A stretch of 64,000 bases of DNA. Origin: Macrostomum lignano (lineage: Eukaryota). The position numbers and the translations under genes are program-made. Within the stretch, counting starts at the first letter, position 1; every line of letters starts with the position of its first letter. The notes beneath the pieces were generated by a model, which ran no database searches, was not told where the DNA came from, and was given only the letters and a program-made list of their open reading frames with translations. The stretch covers positions 310,001-374,000 of the forward strand of contig NIVC01000092.1 in assembly GCA_002269645.1 (NCBI GenBank), in the 5' to 3' direction. Positions 50,118-63,600 of the stretch are shown piece by piece.

Positions 50118-50617
50118 TTAACACCAACCGAAACTCCAACCTAAACCCAAACCTAAACCCAAACCCAAACCTAGACCCTAACCTAAACCCAAATCTAAAC
50201 CCTAACATAAACCCTAATCTAAACCCGAACCCAAACCTAGACCCTAACCTAAACCCAAATCTAAACCCAAACCTAAACCCTAACCTAAACCCAAACCCAG
50301 ACCCTAACCTGAACCCTAACCTAAACCCAAATCTAAACCCAAACCCAAACCTAGACCCTAACCTAAACCCAAATCTAAACCCAAACCCAGACCCAAACCT
50401 AAACCCAAATCTAAACCCAAACCTAAACCCAAACCTAAACCCTAACCTAAACCCAAATCTAAACCCAAATCTAAACCCAAACCCAACCCTAACCTAAACC
50501 CTAAAATAAACTTAAATCTAAACCCAAACCTAAACTCAAACCTAAACTCAAATCTAAACCCTAAACCCTAACCTAAACTCAAACCTAAACCCTAAACCCA
50601 AACCTAAACCCAAACCT
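50118..50617. repeat. Degenerate telomere-like hexamer array (CCTAAA/CCCAAA/CCCTAA)
   Basis: Read directly; a mixture of 6-bp variants that includes CCCTAA. Confidence 0.85.
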
Positions 50618-50829
50618 GTGTTTTTAAGCATCAGAATGCTAAACTGGAAACCAGAATGCCAAGCTGTCATCAGTCTAAAAGATTAAAAATAAAAAACCTG
50701 AACCCCTTATCCTATCTTAGAAAAGATCGGCAGTTAAGATCGCGGCAAAAATCGCTACCACGATTATGAATTCAAATTAGTCACCAGAAACGATAGTTTC
50801 TAATAAGACACTCGATAACCAGAGTCAAA

Positions 50830-53800
50830 TCAGGCTACCACTTTGAGCTCTCGGCCAACTCGGACAAACTCGCCAACAACTCGATCGATCTGTTCGGCCG
50901 AGTGGCCGGCGCTGAGCTGCACCCGGATGCGGGCCTTGCCGCGTGGCACCACCGGGTAGCTGAAGGCCACCACAAACATCCCGGCTGACTGCATCCGCTC
51001 AGCGAAGTCCTTCGCCAGCCGCTCCTGCCACAGCATCACCGGGCAGATCGGGCAGTCCGGGTCGCCCGCCACCTGCCAGTGCATATAGGATGAGTGCTGT
51101 CTACCTCTCCCCAAGTGTGCTGTCTATCTCTCCCCAAGTGTGCTGTCTACCTCTCCCCAAGTGTGCTGTCTACCTCTCCCCAAGTGTGCTGTCTACCTCT
51201 CCCCAAGTGTGCTGTCTACCTCTCCCCAAGTGTGCTGTCTACCTCTCCCCAAGTGTGCTGTCTACCTCTCCCCAAGTGTGCTGTCTACCTCTCCCCAAGT
51301 GTGCTGTCTACCTCTCCCCAAGTGTGCTGTCTACCTCTCCCAGTGTGCTGTCTACCTCTCTCTCCAGTATGCTGTCTCTCTCCTCAGTATACTGTCTACC
51401 TCTCTCTCCAGTATGGCGTATGCTGTCTACCTCTCTACCCAGTGTACTGTCTACCTCTCTCCCCAATGTGCTGTCTATCTCTTTCTCCAGTATGCTGTCT
51501 ACCTCTCTCCCCGTGTACTGTCTACCTCTCTCCCCAATCTGCTGTCTACCTCTCTCCCCAGTATGCTCTCTCTCCTCAGTATACTGTCTACCTCTCTCTC
51601 TCCAGTATGGCGTATGCTGTCTACCTCTCTACCCAGTGTACTGTCTACCTCTCTCTCCATGTGCTGTCTACCCCTCCATTTTTATTGACTGCCTCTCTCG
51701 CCTGCTGTTTACCTCTCTGCCTTCTTCTAGCTACCTCTCATCCCACTCCTGTCTACATTCCACCCAGCCGCAGCGAACCTGAAAGCCGGCCTCTTGCATG
51801 GCGCCGCGGAATCTCCTGGTGTTGTCCCGCAACCTCTGCGGCCAATCGGTCTCACCGCTCGCCAGCAAGTCGAACACCCGGATAGCCGCGCCGACCACCG
51901 CAGGCGGCAGCGTATTGCTGAACAGGTAGGGCCGCGAGCGCTGGCGGAGCAAGCTGACCACGGACGTCGGGCCGCAGGTGTAGCCACCGGCTGCTCCGCC
52001 AAGGGCCTTGCCTAGGGTGCTGTTCACAATGTCTATGGAGCCCTGCGGGTGGGCGGGATCAGAGCGCTGGGATCTAGATATAGGGATTTAGATATTAAAG
52101 GATCTAGCAAGGATCTACTCATTGGGATTTAGATATTTGAGGATTAGGAAAGATCTACTGATTGGGATTTAGATATTTAGAGGATTAGGAAAGATCTACT
52201 GATTGGGATTTAGATATTTAGAGGATTAGGAAAGATCTACTGATTGGGATTTAGATATTTAGAGGATTAGGAAAGATCTACTGATTGGGATTTAGATATT
52301 TAGAGGATTAGGAAAGATCTACTGATTGGGATTTAGTATTTAGAGGATTAGGAAGGATCTACTGATTGGGATTTAGATATTTAGGGGATTAGGAAAGATC
52401 TAATCATTGAGATTTAGATACTAAGGATTAGAATTAGTATTAGAGGATTAGGAAGGATCTGGTCATTGAGATTTAGATATTAGAGGATTAGGAAGCGACG
52501 GAAGGGATAGAGTTATTAGGATTAAAAGGGATCTATTTATTGGGATTTAAGGATTGGGATCTCAAAAAAAAGTTCGAATTTCGAAATCCCGAGGCCTCAG
52601 GCCACTCGGCTCACCTGCTCGAGGCCGCAGTGCTCCTCAGTGCCGCGGCCCCGCGCCCCCAGGAAGCCAGTCGAGTGGCACTCGTCAACAAAGGTGATGG
52701 CGTTGAACTCTTTAGCCAGGGCGGCAATCTCGGCCAGTTTGGCAACGTCGCCGTCCATGCTGAACACGCCGTCGGTGGCTACGAGGCGCGTTGTGCAGTC
52801 GCGCGACTCCTCGAGCAGGCGGCGCAGGTGGCCCATGTCGCTGTGCGCGTAGCGCAGCCTTCGCGCTTTGCACAACCGAATGCCGTCAATGATGGAGGCG
52901 TGATTCAGCTCGTCGCTAATGACGGCATCTGCGTCGTTTAGCAGCACCTCGAAGATGCCGGCGTTTGCGTCGAAGCAGCTGGGGTACAGGATGGCGTCTT
53001 CGCGGTCGTGGAATGCCGCGATCTTCGCCTCCAGCTGCTTGTGTAGGTCCTGCCGGAGGGGGGAGTGTGACTGGAGTCTGACTGGAGTCTGATTAGAGTC
53101 TGGCTGTAGTCTGACTGGAGTCTGGCTGTAGTCTGACTGGAGTCTAGCTGGAGTCTGACTGGAGTCTGGCTGGAGTCTGATTAGAGTCTGGCTGTAGTCT
53201 GACTGGAGTCTGGCTGGAGTCTGATTAGAGTCTGGCTGTAGTCCGACTGGAGTCTGGCTGTAGTCTGACTGGAGTCTAGCTGGAGTCTGACTGGAGTCTG
53301 GCTAGAGTCTGATTAGAGTCTGGCTGTAGTCTGACTGGAGTCTGGCTGTAGTCTGACTGGAGTCTGACTGGAGTCTGACTGGAGTCTGACTGGAGTCTGA
53401 CTGGAGTCTGACTGGAGTCTGACTGGAGTCTGACTGGAGTCTGACTGGAGTCTGACTGGAGTCTGACTGGAGTCTGACTGGAGTCTGACTAGGAGTCTGA
53501 CTAGGAGTCTGACTGGAGTCTGACTGGAGTCTGACTGGAGTCTGACTGGAGTCTGACTGGAGTCTGACTGGAGTCTGACTAGGAGTCTGACTGGAGTCTG
53601 ACTGGAGTCTGACTGGAGTCTGACTGGAGTCTGACTAGGAGTCTGACTGGAGTCTGACTGGAGTCTGACTGGAGTCTGACTGGAGTCTGACTGGAGTCTA
53701 ACTGGGAGGCTGACTGGAGTCTGGCTGGAGTCTGACTGAAGTCTGACTGGAGTCTGACTGGAGTCTGACTGGAGTCTGACTGGAGTCTGGCTAGAGTCTG

Positions 53801-54355
53801 GCTAGAGTCTGACTTAGTCTATGCTAAGGATGGTGGCACGCAAGGCAACTGAGGCAGCACTCAATAAGCTGAAAAATGTGGCAAAACCTATTCAAACAGC
53901 TTACCGAGGTTCCACAAATGAATCTCACAGAGCTGTAACCATTTCCGTGGGTTTTGATTGCTTCAATAGCTGCTTCAACAACTAGTGGATGGCTCTAAAA
54001 GAGGTCAGAATAGATAAAAGGTTATAAATTTTGAATTGAAACATTTAGCTAATCTAAATAAAGTTAAGCAACTCACAGACAAGCCTAGGTAGTTGTTTGC
54101 ACAGAAGTTCAGCATCTCTTTAGACTGTCCATCAACTTTAATTGATGGGGCTTGTTTACCAAGAATCATGAGCTCATTTTTCCATGTGCCAGCATCTTTT
54201 ACTTCAGACAATTTAGCATCAACAAAGGCCCATTTTGATACTAGCCTTGGACAAAAATTATTCTTGGCTAGTACATATGCAGATTGTTTTAGAGTAGACA
54301 ACATTTTTACAAAATGCTTATAAATCTTTTTTTGCTGTGGATTTTTAAAGCTCAT
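50830..54355 (-). CDS. GCAT: 2-amino-3-ketobutyrate CoA ligase (glycine C-acetyltransferase), 5 exons
   Basis: Exons 54355 (or 54304)-54077, 53994-53905, 53049-52615, 52042-51779 and 51072-50830, all phase 0. Motifs LNFCANNYLGLS, SVRFICGT, SCFDANAG, SDELNHASIIDG, TDGVFSMDG, VDECH, STLGKALG (PLP lysine) and YPVVP.GKARIRVQLSA. 419 aa from the second Met. Confidence 0.96.
51080..51720. repeat. 23-bp minisatellite (TGTGCTGTCTACCTCTCCCCAAG), GCAT intron 4
   Basis: Direct tandem units. Confidence 0.95.
52070..52560. repeat. ~39-bp minisatellite (ATTGGGATTTAGATATTTAGAGGATTAGGAAAGATCTACTG), GCAT intron 3
   Basis: Direct tandem units. Confidence 0.93.
53066..53818. repeat. 10-bp minisatellite (GACTGGAGTCT-type), GCAT intron 2
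   Basis: Direct tandem units. Confidence 0.95.
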
Positions 54356-55025
54356 GCATGAAATATAGAATTATTACATGTAATATTATAAGTTATATTA
54401 ACTTATAATAAAGCAATATTATGCATTGAGAATTTTTTGGAACTTAGAAAAAACAAAAATAATATAATTTCAGTATTTTGTATAATATAAATTAAATGCA
54501 TTATAACTAGGCCTATTAAATTTAAACTTAAACAATAAAAATTGGGCAACATGTTATCTCTTTTATAATTGAAGCTGCAAAATATGCACAATTTGCAACT
54601 AAAATGACGAAAATATGATATTTTAACAAGCAAATAAGTGTAGCTAAATGATAAATATTTGATTCTAACAAAAAGCCTTTTAAGGTGCTACAAATGCGAA
54701 AGTTTTAGAAGGTACATTATACTGGTATTATATTAATCTACATTTTGTTATTAATATCATAGTACAACAATTTGCCAAGTACTGAAAATAAAAGTATAAA
54801 CTTAACTTAAGCTAGACTAGAGCCTTTGGTCAATTGGGTAGCAAAAATTTTAAGTCTTGTTTGCTAGGTGCAATCATTCTTGACAATTGGTCTATGGAGC
54901 ACAATAAGTTTCCAAATGACATATCATGTAAGGTTTTTCAAAGTATTTTTCCTACACCCTGTTCCTTGTTATTTGTCAAGTGTTCATGATAACCCACACT
55001 ACAAACTTTCGGCGGCACAAAGCAT

Positions 55026-55165
55026 CAGGCGCGGATCCAGAAAATTCTTGAGGAGGGGCCAAGCTATACCGAGCACTACAACCCAATATTGGAAAATAAA
55101 CCTGGCATAGTCGCAGGCCAAAAAAGTATGACCAAATTTTTTTGGCCCCTCTGGATCCGCCCCTG
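55026..55165. mobile_element. Small MITE-like element
   Basis: Inverted ends CAGGCGCGGATCCAG / CTGGATCCGCCCCTG. No clear TSD. Confidence 0.55.
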
Positions 55166-55860
55166 CAACGCATATGAAGAGAGTTGAGATAGAGATTTCA
55201 GTAGCTGTTGGTAGCTATAAATAAATAAATAAATAAATAACGCTGTTCTTGATGTGATTTTCGTGTCAACTGAAAAGTTGAATAGTTGCCGCACAGTGAA
55301 TCCACCGTGAAACTTATTTAATTGTTAAATATTTACCTAAAAAGAAAGAACATCATTCATTACAAAATAAATTTGCTAATCGCAATAAGACAGCACCTGG
55401 AGTGCAAAATATTTGTACTAAACTCAGCTGTCTTTGTTAAAGCGAATAATGGGATTAAAATGCGGTAAGGGAATTTTGCAATATCGTGGACATGAAAGTA
55501 TAGGACACCATATTCTTTTGATAAAAATCGTTGTCCTCTTTAAATTGTACATTTCAGCAGCAGAATCGTAGCCGTGACCTTTATGATCTTCTCTTCCGCA
55601 AAACTGCGGCCTTATTTGCATAGAGTTGATAATACGACCGTTCCGTTACTTTTATAATAGTCAAATTATCTCTATGGTCAAGCGTGTACGTGAGCTGCAA
55701 TTATTCGATCTAATGCGGGACTTTAAAATTTTTTATGCGATAGCTAATAAGCTTCAATCGGTGCTTCTATTTAATTTTTTTGTAGGAATGAAGCAGTTGC
55801 TACAGAACTGAAGCCAAGGAACGAGGAAAATATTAATTTAACAGCAGGTGCTGTTAGTCC

Positions 55861-57629
55861 ATGGCATCGCTCAACTGGCCTGTGCTGATGGTTCTCCTAA
55901 TGCTTTTGAATTTCTTCTGCTTTGAATCTGGTGAAGCGTGCAGTGAGTAAAAATGTGAACTTAGTTAATTAAAAAACTCTTTTGTCATTTAACAGTACAT
56001 TTCTGTGTCAGGTGAGACAAAGAATTGAACGGAGTAATAGGATCCCCGACTGAAGGAGGGTCAGAGTCTTCTAAAGAAGTGTCAAGGGTCTCTGGGGGAG
56101 TGCCGGGGTCTCTGAAGGAGTGCCAGGGTCTCTGAAGGAGTGCCAGGATCTCTGAAGGAATGTCGGGTCTCTGAAGGAGTGCCGGTGTCTCTGAAGGAGT
56201 GCCGGTGTCTCTGCACGAAGGAGTGCCGGTGTCTCTGAAGGAGTGCCGGTGTCTCTGCACGAAGGAGTGCCGGTGTCTCTGAAGGAGTGCCGGTGTCTCT
56301 GCACGAAGGAGTGCCGGTGTCTCTGAAGGAGTGTCGGTGTCTCTGAAGGAGTGCCGGTGTCTCTGCACGAAGGAGTGCCGGTGTCTCTGAAGGAGTGTCG
56401 GGTCTCTGAAGGAGTGCCGAGGTCTCTGAAGGAGTGTCGGGTCTCTGAAGGAGTGCCGGGGTCTCTGAAGGAGTGCCGGGATCTCTGAAGGAGTGTCGGT
56501 GTCTCTGAAGGAGTGCCGGGGTCTCTGAAGGAGTGCCGGGGTCTCTGAAGGAGTGTCGGGTCTCTGAAGGAGTGCCGGGGTCTCTGAAGGAGTGCCGGGA
56601 TCTCTGAAGGAGTGTCGGTGTCTCTGAAGGAGTGCCGGGGTCTCTGAAGGAGTGCCGGGGTCTCTGAAGGAGTGCCGGGATCTCTGAAGGAGTGTCGGTG
56701 TCTCTGAAGGAGTGTCGGTGTCTCTGAAGGAGTGTCGGTGTCTCTGAAGGAGTGCCGGGGTCTCTGAAGGAGTGCCGGTGTCTCTGAAGGAGTGCCGGTG
56801 TCTCTGAAGGAGTGCCGGTGTCTCTGCACGAAGGAGTGCCGGTGTCTCTGAAGGAGTGTCGGGTCTCTGAAGGAGTGCCGGGGTCTCTGAAGGAGTGCCG
56901 GGATCTCTGAAGGAGTGTCGGTGTCTCTGAAGGAGTGCCGGCGTCTCTGAAGGACAGCTGGGGCCTCTGAAGGAGTGCCGGGTCTCTGAAGGAGTGCCGG
57001 GGTCTCTGAAGGAGTGCTGGGGTCTCTGAAGGAGTGCTGGGGTCTCTGAAGGAGTGCTAGGATCTCTGAGAATCTGCAGGGCTTTTAAAAGAGCGACGGG
57101 TCACTGAAGTACAATAATTCAGGTCTTGTAAAATGAGATCCGCGAAGTTTCAAAAATATTTAAAGCTTACCGGTACCACAAGCCGAATTCCTTTTGTCCA
57201 AAGAATATTTCAAATTTAAAGAAAACTACAATTGGCATCTCAGGCTGTAACTAGTATATTCCCAATTCGTAAAACGCAGAGTTTATCAAACGTATTTTTC
57301 AAAGCAAGAAGCACAAGTCGGAATACAAGGGCTGCTACGTTGACAAAGCAGAAAAGCACGATTTGAAGTACCACGCCCACTCGTCCAATGAAATGACGTT
57401 AAAAATGTGCAACGATCTGTGCAAGGAAGTTGGAGCAAAATTCTACGGGGCTCAGGGCGGCACCGAGTGCTTCTGCGACGACACGTTTGGCTCCTACGGC
57501 AAACAGGTTGACGACTATTGCGACAGAGCCTGTATGGGCTTCCTGAGTGACAGCAAAATCACATCTGCTCTGACCAAGTCCGAGTTCTGCGGCGGAGATA
57601 AAATGAACTCTGTGTACGAGGTGAAGTGA
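55861..57629 (+). CDS. Small secreted single-WSC-domain protein, ~143 aa, 2 exons
   Basis: Exon 55861-55942 (signal peptide, GTGAGT donor, phase 1) joins 57280-57629 (CGCAG acceptor) in frame. WSC motif YKGCYVD...MTLKMCNDLC....FYGAQGGTECFC......C...C.G....FCGG...NSVY. Confidence 0.85.
56087..57070. repeat. 19-21-bp minisatellite (GTCTCTGAAGGAGTGCCGG), WSC gene intron
   Basis: Direct tandem units. Confidence 0.95.
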
Positions 57630-57687
57630 CTGCTGTGAAAACAAAACCATTTCGTACAGTTGCTATCATAGGGTGCCCGTTTAGTTA

Positions 57688-60685
57688 TCTCTTGACACCA
57701 GATTAGACACCAGATTAGACATCTCTTTGACACCAGATTAGACACCTCTTTGACACCAGATTAAACACCTCTTAGACACCAGATTAGACACTCCTTTGAC
57801 ACCAGATTAGACACCTCTTTGACACCAGATTAAACACCTCCTTGACACCAGATTAGACACCTCTTTGACACCAGATTAAACACCTCTTAAACACCAGATT
57901 AGACACCTCTTCGACACCAGTTTAAACACCTCTTAGACATCAGATTAGACACCCCTTTGACACCAGATTAGACACTCCTTTGACACCAGATTAGACACTC
58001 CTTTGACACCAGATTAGACACCCCTTTGACACCAGATAAGACACACCTTTGACACCAGATTAGACACCCCTTTGACACCAGATTAGACACTCCTTTGACA
58101 CCAGATTAGACACACCTTGACACCAGATTAGACACCCTTTGACACCAGATTAGACACCTCCTTGACACCAGATTAGACACCTCTTTGACACCAGATTAAA
58201 CACCTCTTTGACACCAGATTAGACACCTCTTTGACACCAGATTAAACACCTCTTAAACACCAGATTAAACACCTCTTAGACATCAGATTAGACACCCCTT
58301 TGACACCAGATTAGACACTCCTTTGACACCAGATTAGACACCTCTTTGACACCAGATTAAACACCTCCTTGACACCAGATTAGACACTCCTTTGACACCA
58401 GATTAAACACCTCCTTGACACCAGATTAGACACCTCTTTGACACCAGATTAAACACCTCTTAAACACCAGATTAGACACCTCTTCGACACCAGATTAAAC
58501 ACCTCTTAGACATCAGATTAGACACCCCTTTGACACCAGATTAGACACTCCTTTGACACCAGATTAGACACTCCTTTGACACCAGATTAGACACCCCTTT
58601 GACACCAGATAAGACACACCTTTGACACCAGATTAGACACCCCTTTGACACCAGATTAGACACTCCTTTGACACCAGATTAGACACACCTTGACACCAGA
58701 TTAGACACCCCTTTGACACCAGATTAGACACCTCCTTGACACCAGATTAGACACCTCTTTGACACCAGATTAAACACCTCTTTGACACCAGATTAGACAC
58801 CTCTTTGACACCAGATTAAACACCTCTTAAACACCAGATTAAACACCTCTTAGACATCAGATTAGACACCCCTTTGACACCAGATTAGACACTCCTTTGA
58901 CACCAGATTAGACACCTCTTTGACACCAGATTAAACACCTCCTTGACACCAGATTAGACACTCCTTTGACACCAGATTAAACACCTCCTTGACACCAGAT
59001 TAGACACCTCTTTGACACCAGATTAAACACCTCTTAAACACCAGATTAGACACCTCTTCGACACCAGATTAAACACCTCTTAGACATCAGATTAGACACC
59101 CCTTTGACACCAGATTAGACACTCCTTTGACACCAGATTAGACACTCCTTTGACACCAGATTAGACACCCCTTTGACACCAGATAAGACACACCTTTGAC
59201 ACCAGATTAGACACCCCTTTGACACCAGATTAGACACTCCTTTGACACCAGATTAGACACACCTTGACACCAGATTAGACACCCCTTTGACACCAGATTA
59301 GACACCTCCTTGACACCAGATTAGACACCTCTTTGACACCAGATTAAACACCTCTTTGACACCAGATTAGACACCTCTTTGACACCAGATTAAACACCTC
59401 TTAAACACCAGATTAAACACCTCTTAGACATCAGATTAGACACCCCTTTGACACCAGATTAGACACTCCTTTGACACCAGATTAGACACCTCTTTGACAC
59501 CAGATTAAACACCTCCTTGACACCAGATTAGACACTCCTTTGACACCAGACTAAACACCTCCTTGACACCAGATTAGACACCTCTTAGACACCAGATTAG
59601 ACACCCCTTTGACACCAGATAAGACACACCTTTGACACCAGATTAGACACCCCTTTGACACCAGATTAGACACTCCTTTGACACCAGATTAGACACCTCT
59701 TTGACACCAGATTAGACACCTCTTTGACACCAGATTAAACACCTCTTTGACACCAGATTAGACACCTCTTTGACACCAGATTAAACACCTCTTAAACACC
59801 AGATTAAACACCTCTTAAACACCAGATTAGACACCTCTTTGACACCAGATTAAACACCTCTTAGACATCAGATTAGACACCCCTTTGACACCAGATTAGA
59901 CACCTCTTTGACACCAGATTAGACACTCCTTTGACACCAGATTAGACACCCCTTTGACACCAGATTAGACACTCCTTTGACACCAGATTAAACACTCCTT
60001 TGACACCAGATTAGACACTCCTTTGACACCAGATTAGACACCCCTTTGACACCAGATTAGACACCCCTTTGACACCAGATTAGACACTCCTTTGACACCA
60101 GATTAGACACTCCTTTGACACCAGATTAGACACCCCTTTGACACCAGATTAGACACTCCTTTGACACCAGATTAGACACTCCTTTGACACCAGATTAGAC
60201 ACCCCTTTGACACCAGATTAGACACTCCTTTGACACCAGATTAAACACCTCCTTGACACCAGATTAGACACCTCTTAGACACCAGATTAGACACCCCTTT
60301 GACACCAGATAAGACACACCTTTGACACCAGATTAGACACCCCTTTGACACCAGATTAGACACTCCTTTGACACCAGATTAGACACCTCTTTGACACCAG
60401 ATTAGACACCTCTTTGACACCAGATTAAACACCTCTTTGACACCAGATTAGACACCTCTTTGACACCAGATTAAACACCTTTTAAACACCAGATTAAACA
60501 CCTCTTAAACACCAGATTAGACACCTCTTTGACACCAGATTAAACACCTCTTAGACATCAGATTAGACACCCCTTTGACACCAGATTAGACACCTCTTTG
60601 ACACCATATTAGACACTCCTTTGACACCAGATTAGACACCTCTTAGACACCATATTAGACACTCCTTTGACACCAGATAAGACAA
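57688..60685. repeat. 23-bp satellite (TTTGACACCAGATTAGACACCTC), ~3 kb, with higher-order structure
   Basis: About 130 units; the marker variant GATAAG occurs at 58035, 58608, 59182, 59618 and 60308. Confidence 0.97.
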
Positions 60686-61667
60686 TTTGATATCTAAGGT
60701 ATTGAATTGCGGTTGTATCGCTTTGCAAAGCACAGAGTTAGTGGTCAAAATACAATACGCTCGTACATTTCTAATAAGTACGGGCAAGTTGTGCAGTTAG
60801 TTTAATTAAAGTGCTTTATATTACAACCCACTATTGCATTCTCTAATGTCGGCCCAGTTGCTTTCATACTGTACAATTCCGTTGGAAAAAAACCGACTTC
60901 GAAATGACTTAACAAATTGTATTTTTAGCATGGCAGTTGAAGCATTAGCTCATATAACACATTACTAAATATACATTTGTATTTTATAAGCTTCACGACG
61001 AACAAGCAAAACAAGCAAACATATAATAAGTAGTATAATATAATTAGTCAGTGTGGAATATGCACGTGCTGAAGAATATTTTTCCTTTGCTACTCATATC
61101 AAAATGTTACGATAAGCTTTTATTTCGGGCAGAAATACGAGCTACAAGCGTGAAGTTTGCTCAACAAGAACTCAATCGCTCTGCTATCAATTAGGCGCCA
61201 ATCAGTAATTATCAATAAGCGAAATTCGAAAACTGTGCATAGAAATTTTCCGCGCGTGCGCAATTAATACTACTCAGTGTGACATGCAAAATCAAGTAGA
61301 CGATATAGAGTGTAAAGCAAAAAAAACAATTTTGGGTTTAAATTGAATTCAAAGAGATGAGATTTTTTAATTATTACAATATTAATTACCCTAAATTTCA
61401 GCGTTAGAATTTTGGCGAAAAAAGCAAATATTTTTACACGCATGCCCTGTTTTTACTACTTACAGTAGCAAAACTAGTCTGAATACAATTCAAACCAACT
61501 AAGTTGGTCAGAGAAACCAAATTTAACGGAATCGAGCGCAAAGTTATATTAATGAAAACAGAGAAATTATCGAACAGTTTGACTAACATTAAAATTGTCT
61601 TGGAATCGTCACTTGACTTCTGCTTTTTTATTTTAAATTAGAAAATGCCCCTAAAATGATTGGCGAT

Positions 61668-61718
61668 TCAGACTAGCCGACTCTCGCTGCACAGCCTCTG
61701 CTGGTATGGGTGCTGCTG

Positions 61719-61761
<43 letters not shown>

Positions 61762-61999
61762 GTCGGGTAGGGTCCTGCATTCAGCAGGTGCTCCGAGACT
61801 CCGCCGCCTCCGCCGTAGCCAACGAAGTTTCGAGTCAGTCGCGGCGGCGTCCGCATCGTCGAAGAGCCGCCGCAGCTGTCGGGCTGCTGCTGATCGCGCC
61901 TCGGTTTGTCCATTGTGAAGGTCGACAGGCCGCTTCCGCCGGCGCTGACAGAGGATGGGGCTGCGCCACGGGGACCGCAGATTGTCAGAGATCCCAATG
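61668..61999 (-). CDS. Possible terminal exon of an unidentified poly-Gln protein
   Basis: GC-rich open frame (..[14 protein letters not shown]...polyQ...SESRLV*) after a CTCTCCGCTATCAG acceptor. No compatible upstream exon found. Confidence 0.35.
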
Positions 62000-62049
62000 C
62001 TGATAGCGGAGAGAGGATTTGGGGATTTTTATTGGACAGACCGACACTG

Positions 62050-62265
<216 letters not shown>

Positions 62266-63409
62266 ACACTACTTGTTCATAATAAAGCAGTTGACAGCCA
62301 CGTGGATATGCAGCAATGACTCGTCACACAGGGCGACTTTGTGTCTGAGGCCGCAAGCAAGCAAGCAGAAGAGGCTTTGGCAACGCAGCAGGCGTTTCAG
62401 ACAATATTGTTTTCAAAGCAGTTGCAACTTAAAAATTTGGATACTTGCAGACTCTCTCACTCGCTCAGCTACTTCATCAAGCAGCCCGAGCCCACTTCTG
62501 CATCCACGCAGTTGACAGAAAATTTGTAGCAATATTTTTTACCAGAACTCTGCAGCGCTTTGAAGTTTTTCTTACCCTACCGCGATGACGGCCACTTGTG
62601 GCCACAGTCGCAGCCTCATCAATTGGCTTCAAGTTGCTTCAAGAGGCCCAGCAAACCTGGTTCTGTTGCCTTTCAAATTGCTACAATTTTTGCCTATACT
62701 AGCTATGTGTGGAAAAGACACGAAAAAATATTTTGTCGCAAGATGGGTTGCAGAAAATATGCTTTATAGATTATCGATTTGGCTATATGCCTAACTTGCG
62801 CGAGTGCACACTCTCCCCCTAGTACTTAATCGCTGATAATATGGCAAGATAAACTCCAACTGACTTGAGACTTTGATCCTTTCCCAAAAGAAATTGATGG
62901 ACTCTAAGCTAAGAGAGGGGAGAGAGAGAATATGCCATCCTATACGGAGCCGCATCCATCTGATCCTGGGATCTGAGGAGAAATCGAATAAAAAGCCGCG
63001 GTTGGTAGGAGCAAAGTATCATGGCCTTTTAGCTAGGCTGGGGGATCGAGACTCGAAGGAGCTCGAGAATTGATCGATCGATTGAGAGTCGAGGGGGGTG
63101 AGGGGTGTGCAGGGTTCGGTCCGCCTGCGGGATCCTCGTGTCAGATAAGTTAATCAGAGAGAGTCAAAGGTGCGGCGCACTGGACTGAAGCATCTGGCGT
63201 GGGAAACCCCCACCCCCACGGGGGGACAAGACCGCTAGTCCACTATACTAAAACTGAGAATGCTGAAAAAACTGCTAGGGTAAAGCAAAAGTTTTTTTAT
63301 CCAATAAGGAGCATGTTACAAATTTTATATTAAAAAACAAATTAAAATAAATTATAAGAAGGAGGCAATTCTAAGAGAGAGAAGTTCTATAGTAATATTA
63401 TAATAATAT

Positions 63410-63600
63410 TATAATTGCAGGAGGGTTGTGGGCCCCATGAAATCGTCAGACACCAAGCGTTAAAGCAATCCTGCCCTTTTCGATGACTCTCGAGCAGGGT
63501 GTACAGCGGCCGTTTTGACTTTCTAATCGTCAGGAATGTACACTCTCTGCGCCTTAGGAGTTGGATATAATAGGCGTGAATCGCACGACAACCCCATGGC
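63410..63600 (-). mobile_element. Partial, diverged SINE-related copy
   Basis: GTGTACAGCGGCC..GACTTTCTAATCGTC..ATGTACACT..GCGCCTT.G.GTTGG shared with the other copies. Confidence 0.55.

Noticed and set aside
57688-60685. CRISPR-like appearance of regular arrays
   Set aside because: The units are contiguous with no unique spacers, there are no cas genes, and the context is eukaryotic.
62341-62529. Short ORF MSEAASKQAEEAL...
   Set aside because: No domain, a non-ATG start, and no splice-compatible link to neighbouring exons on either strand.
63178-63245. Possible hammerhead (CTGAAGC...GAAAC...GGGGG)
   Set aside because: Lacks the CUGANGA core and the NUH cleavage triplet after stem III.
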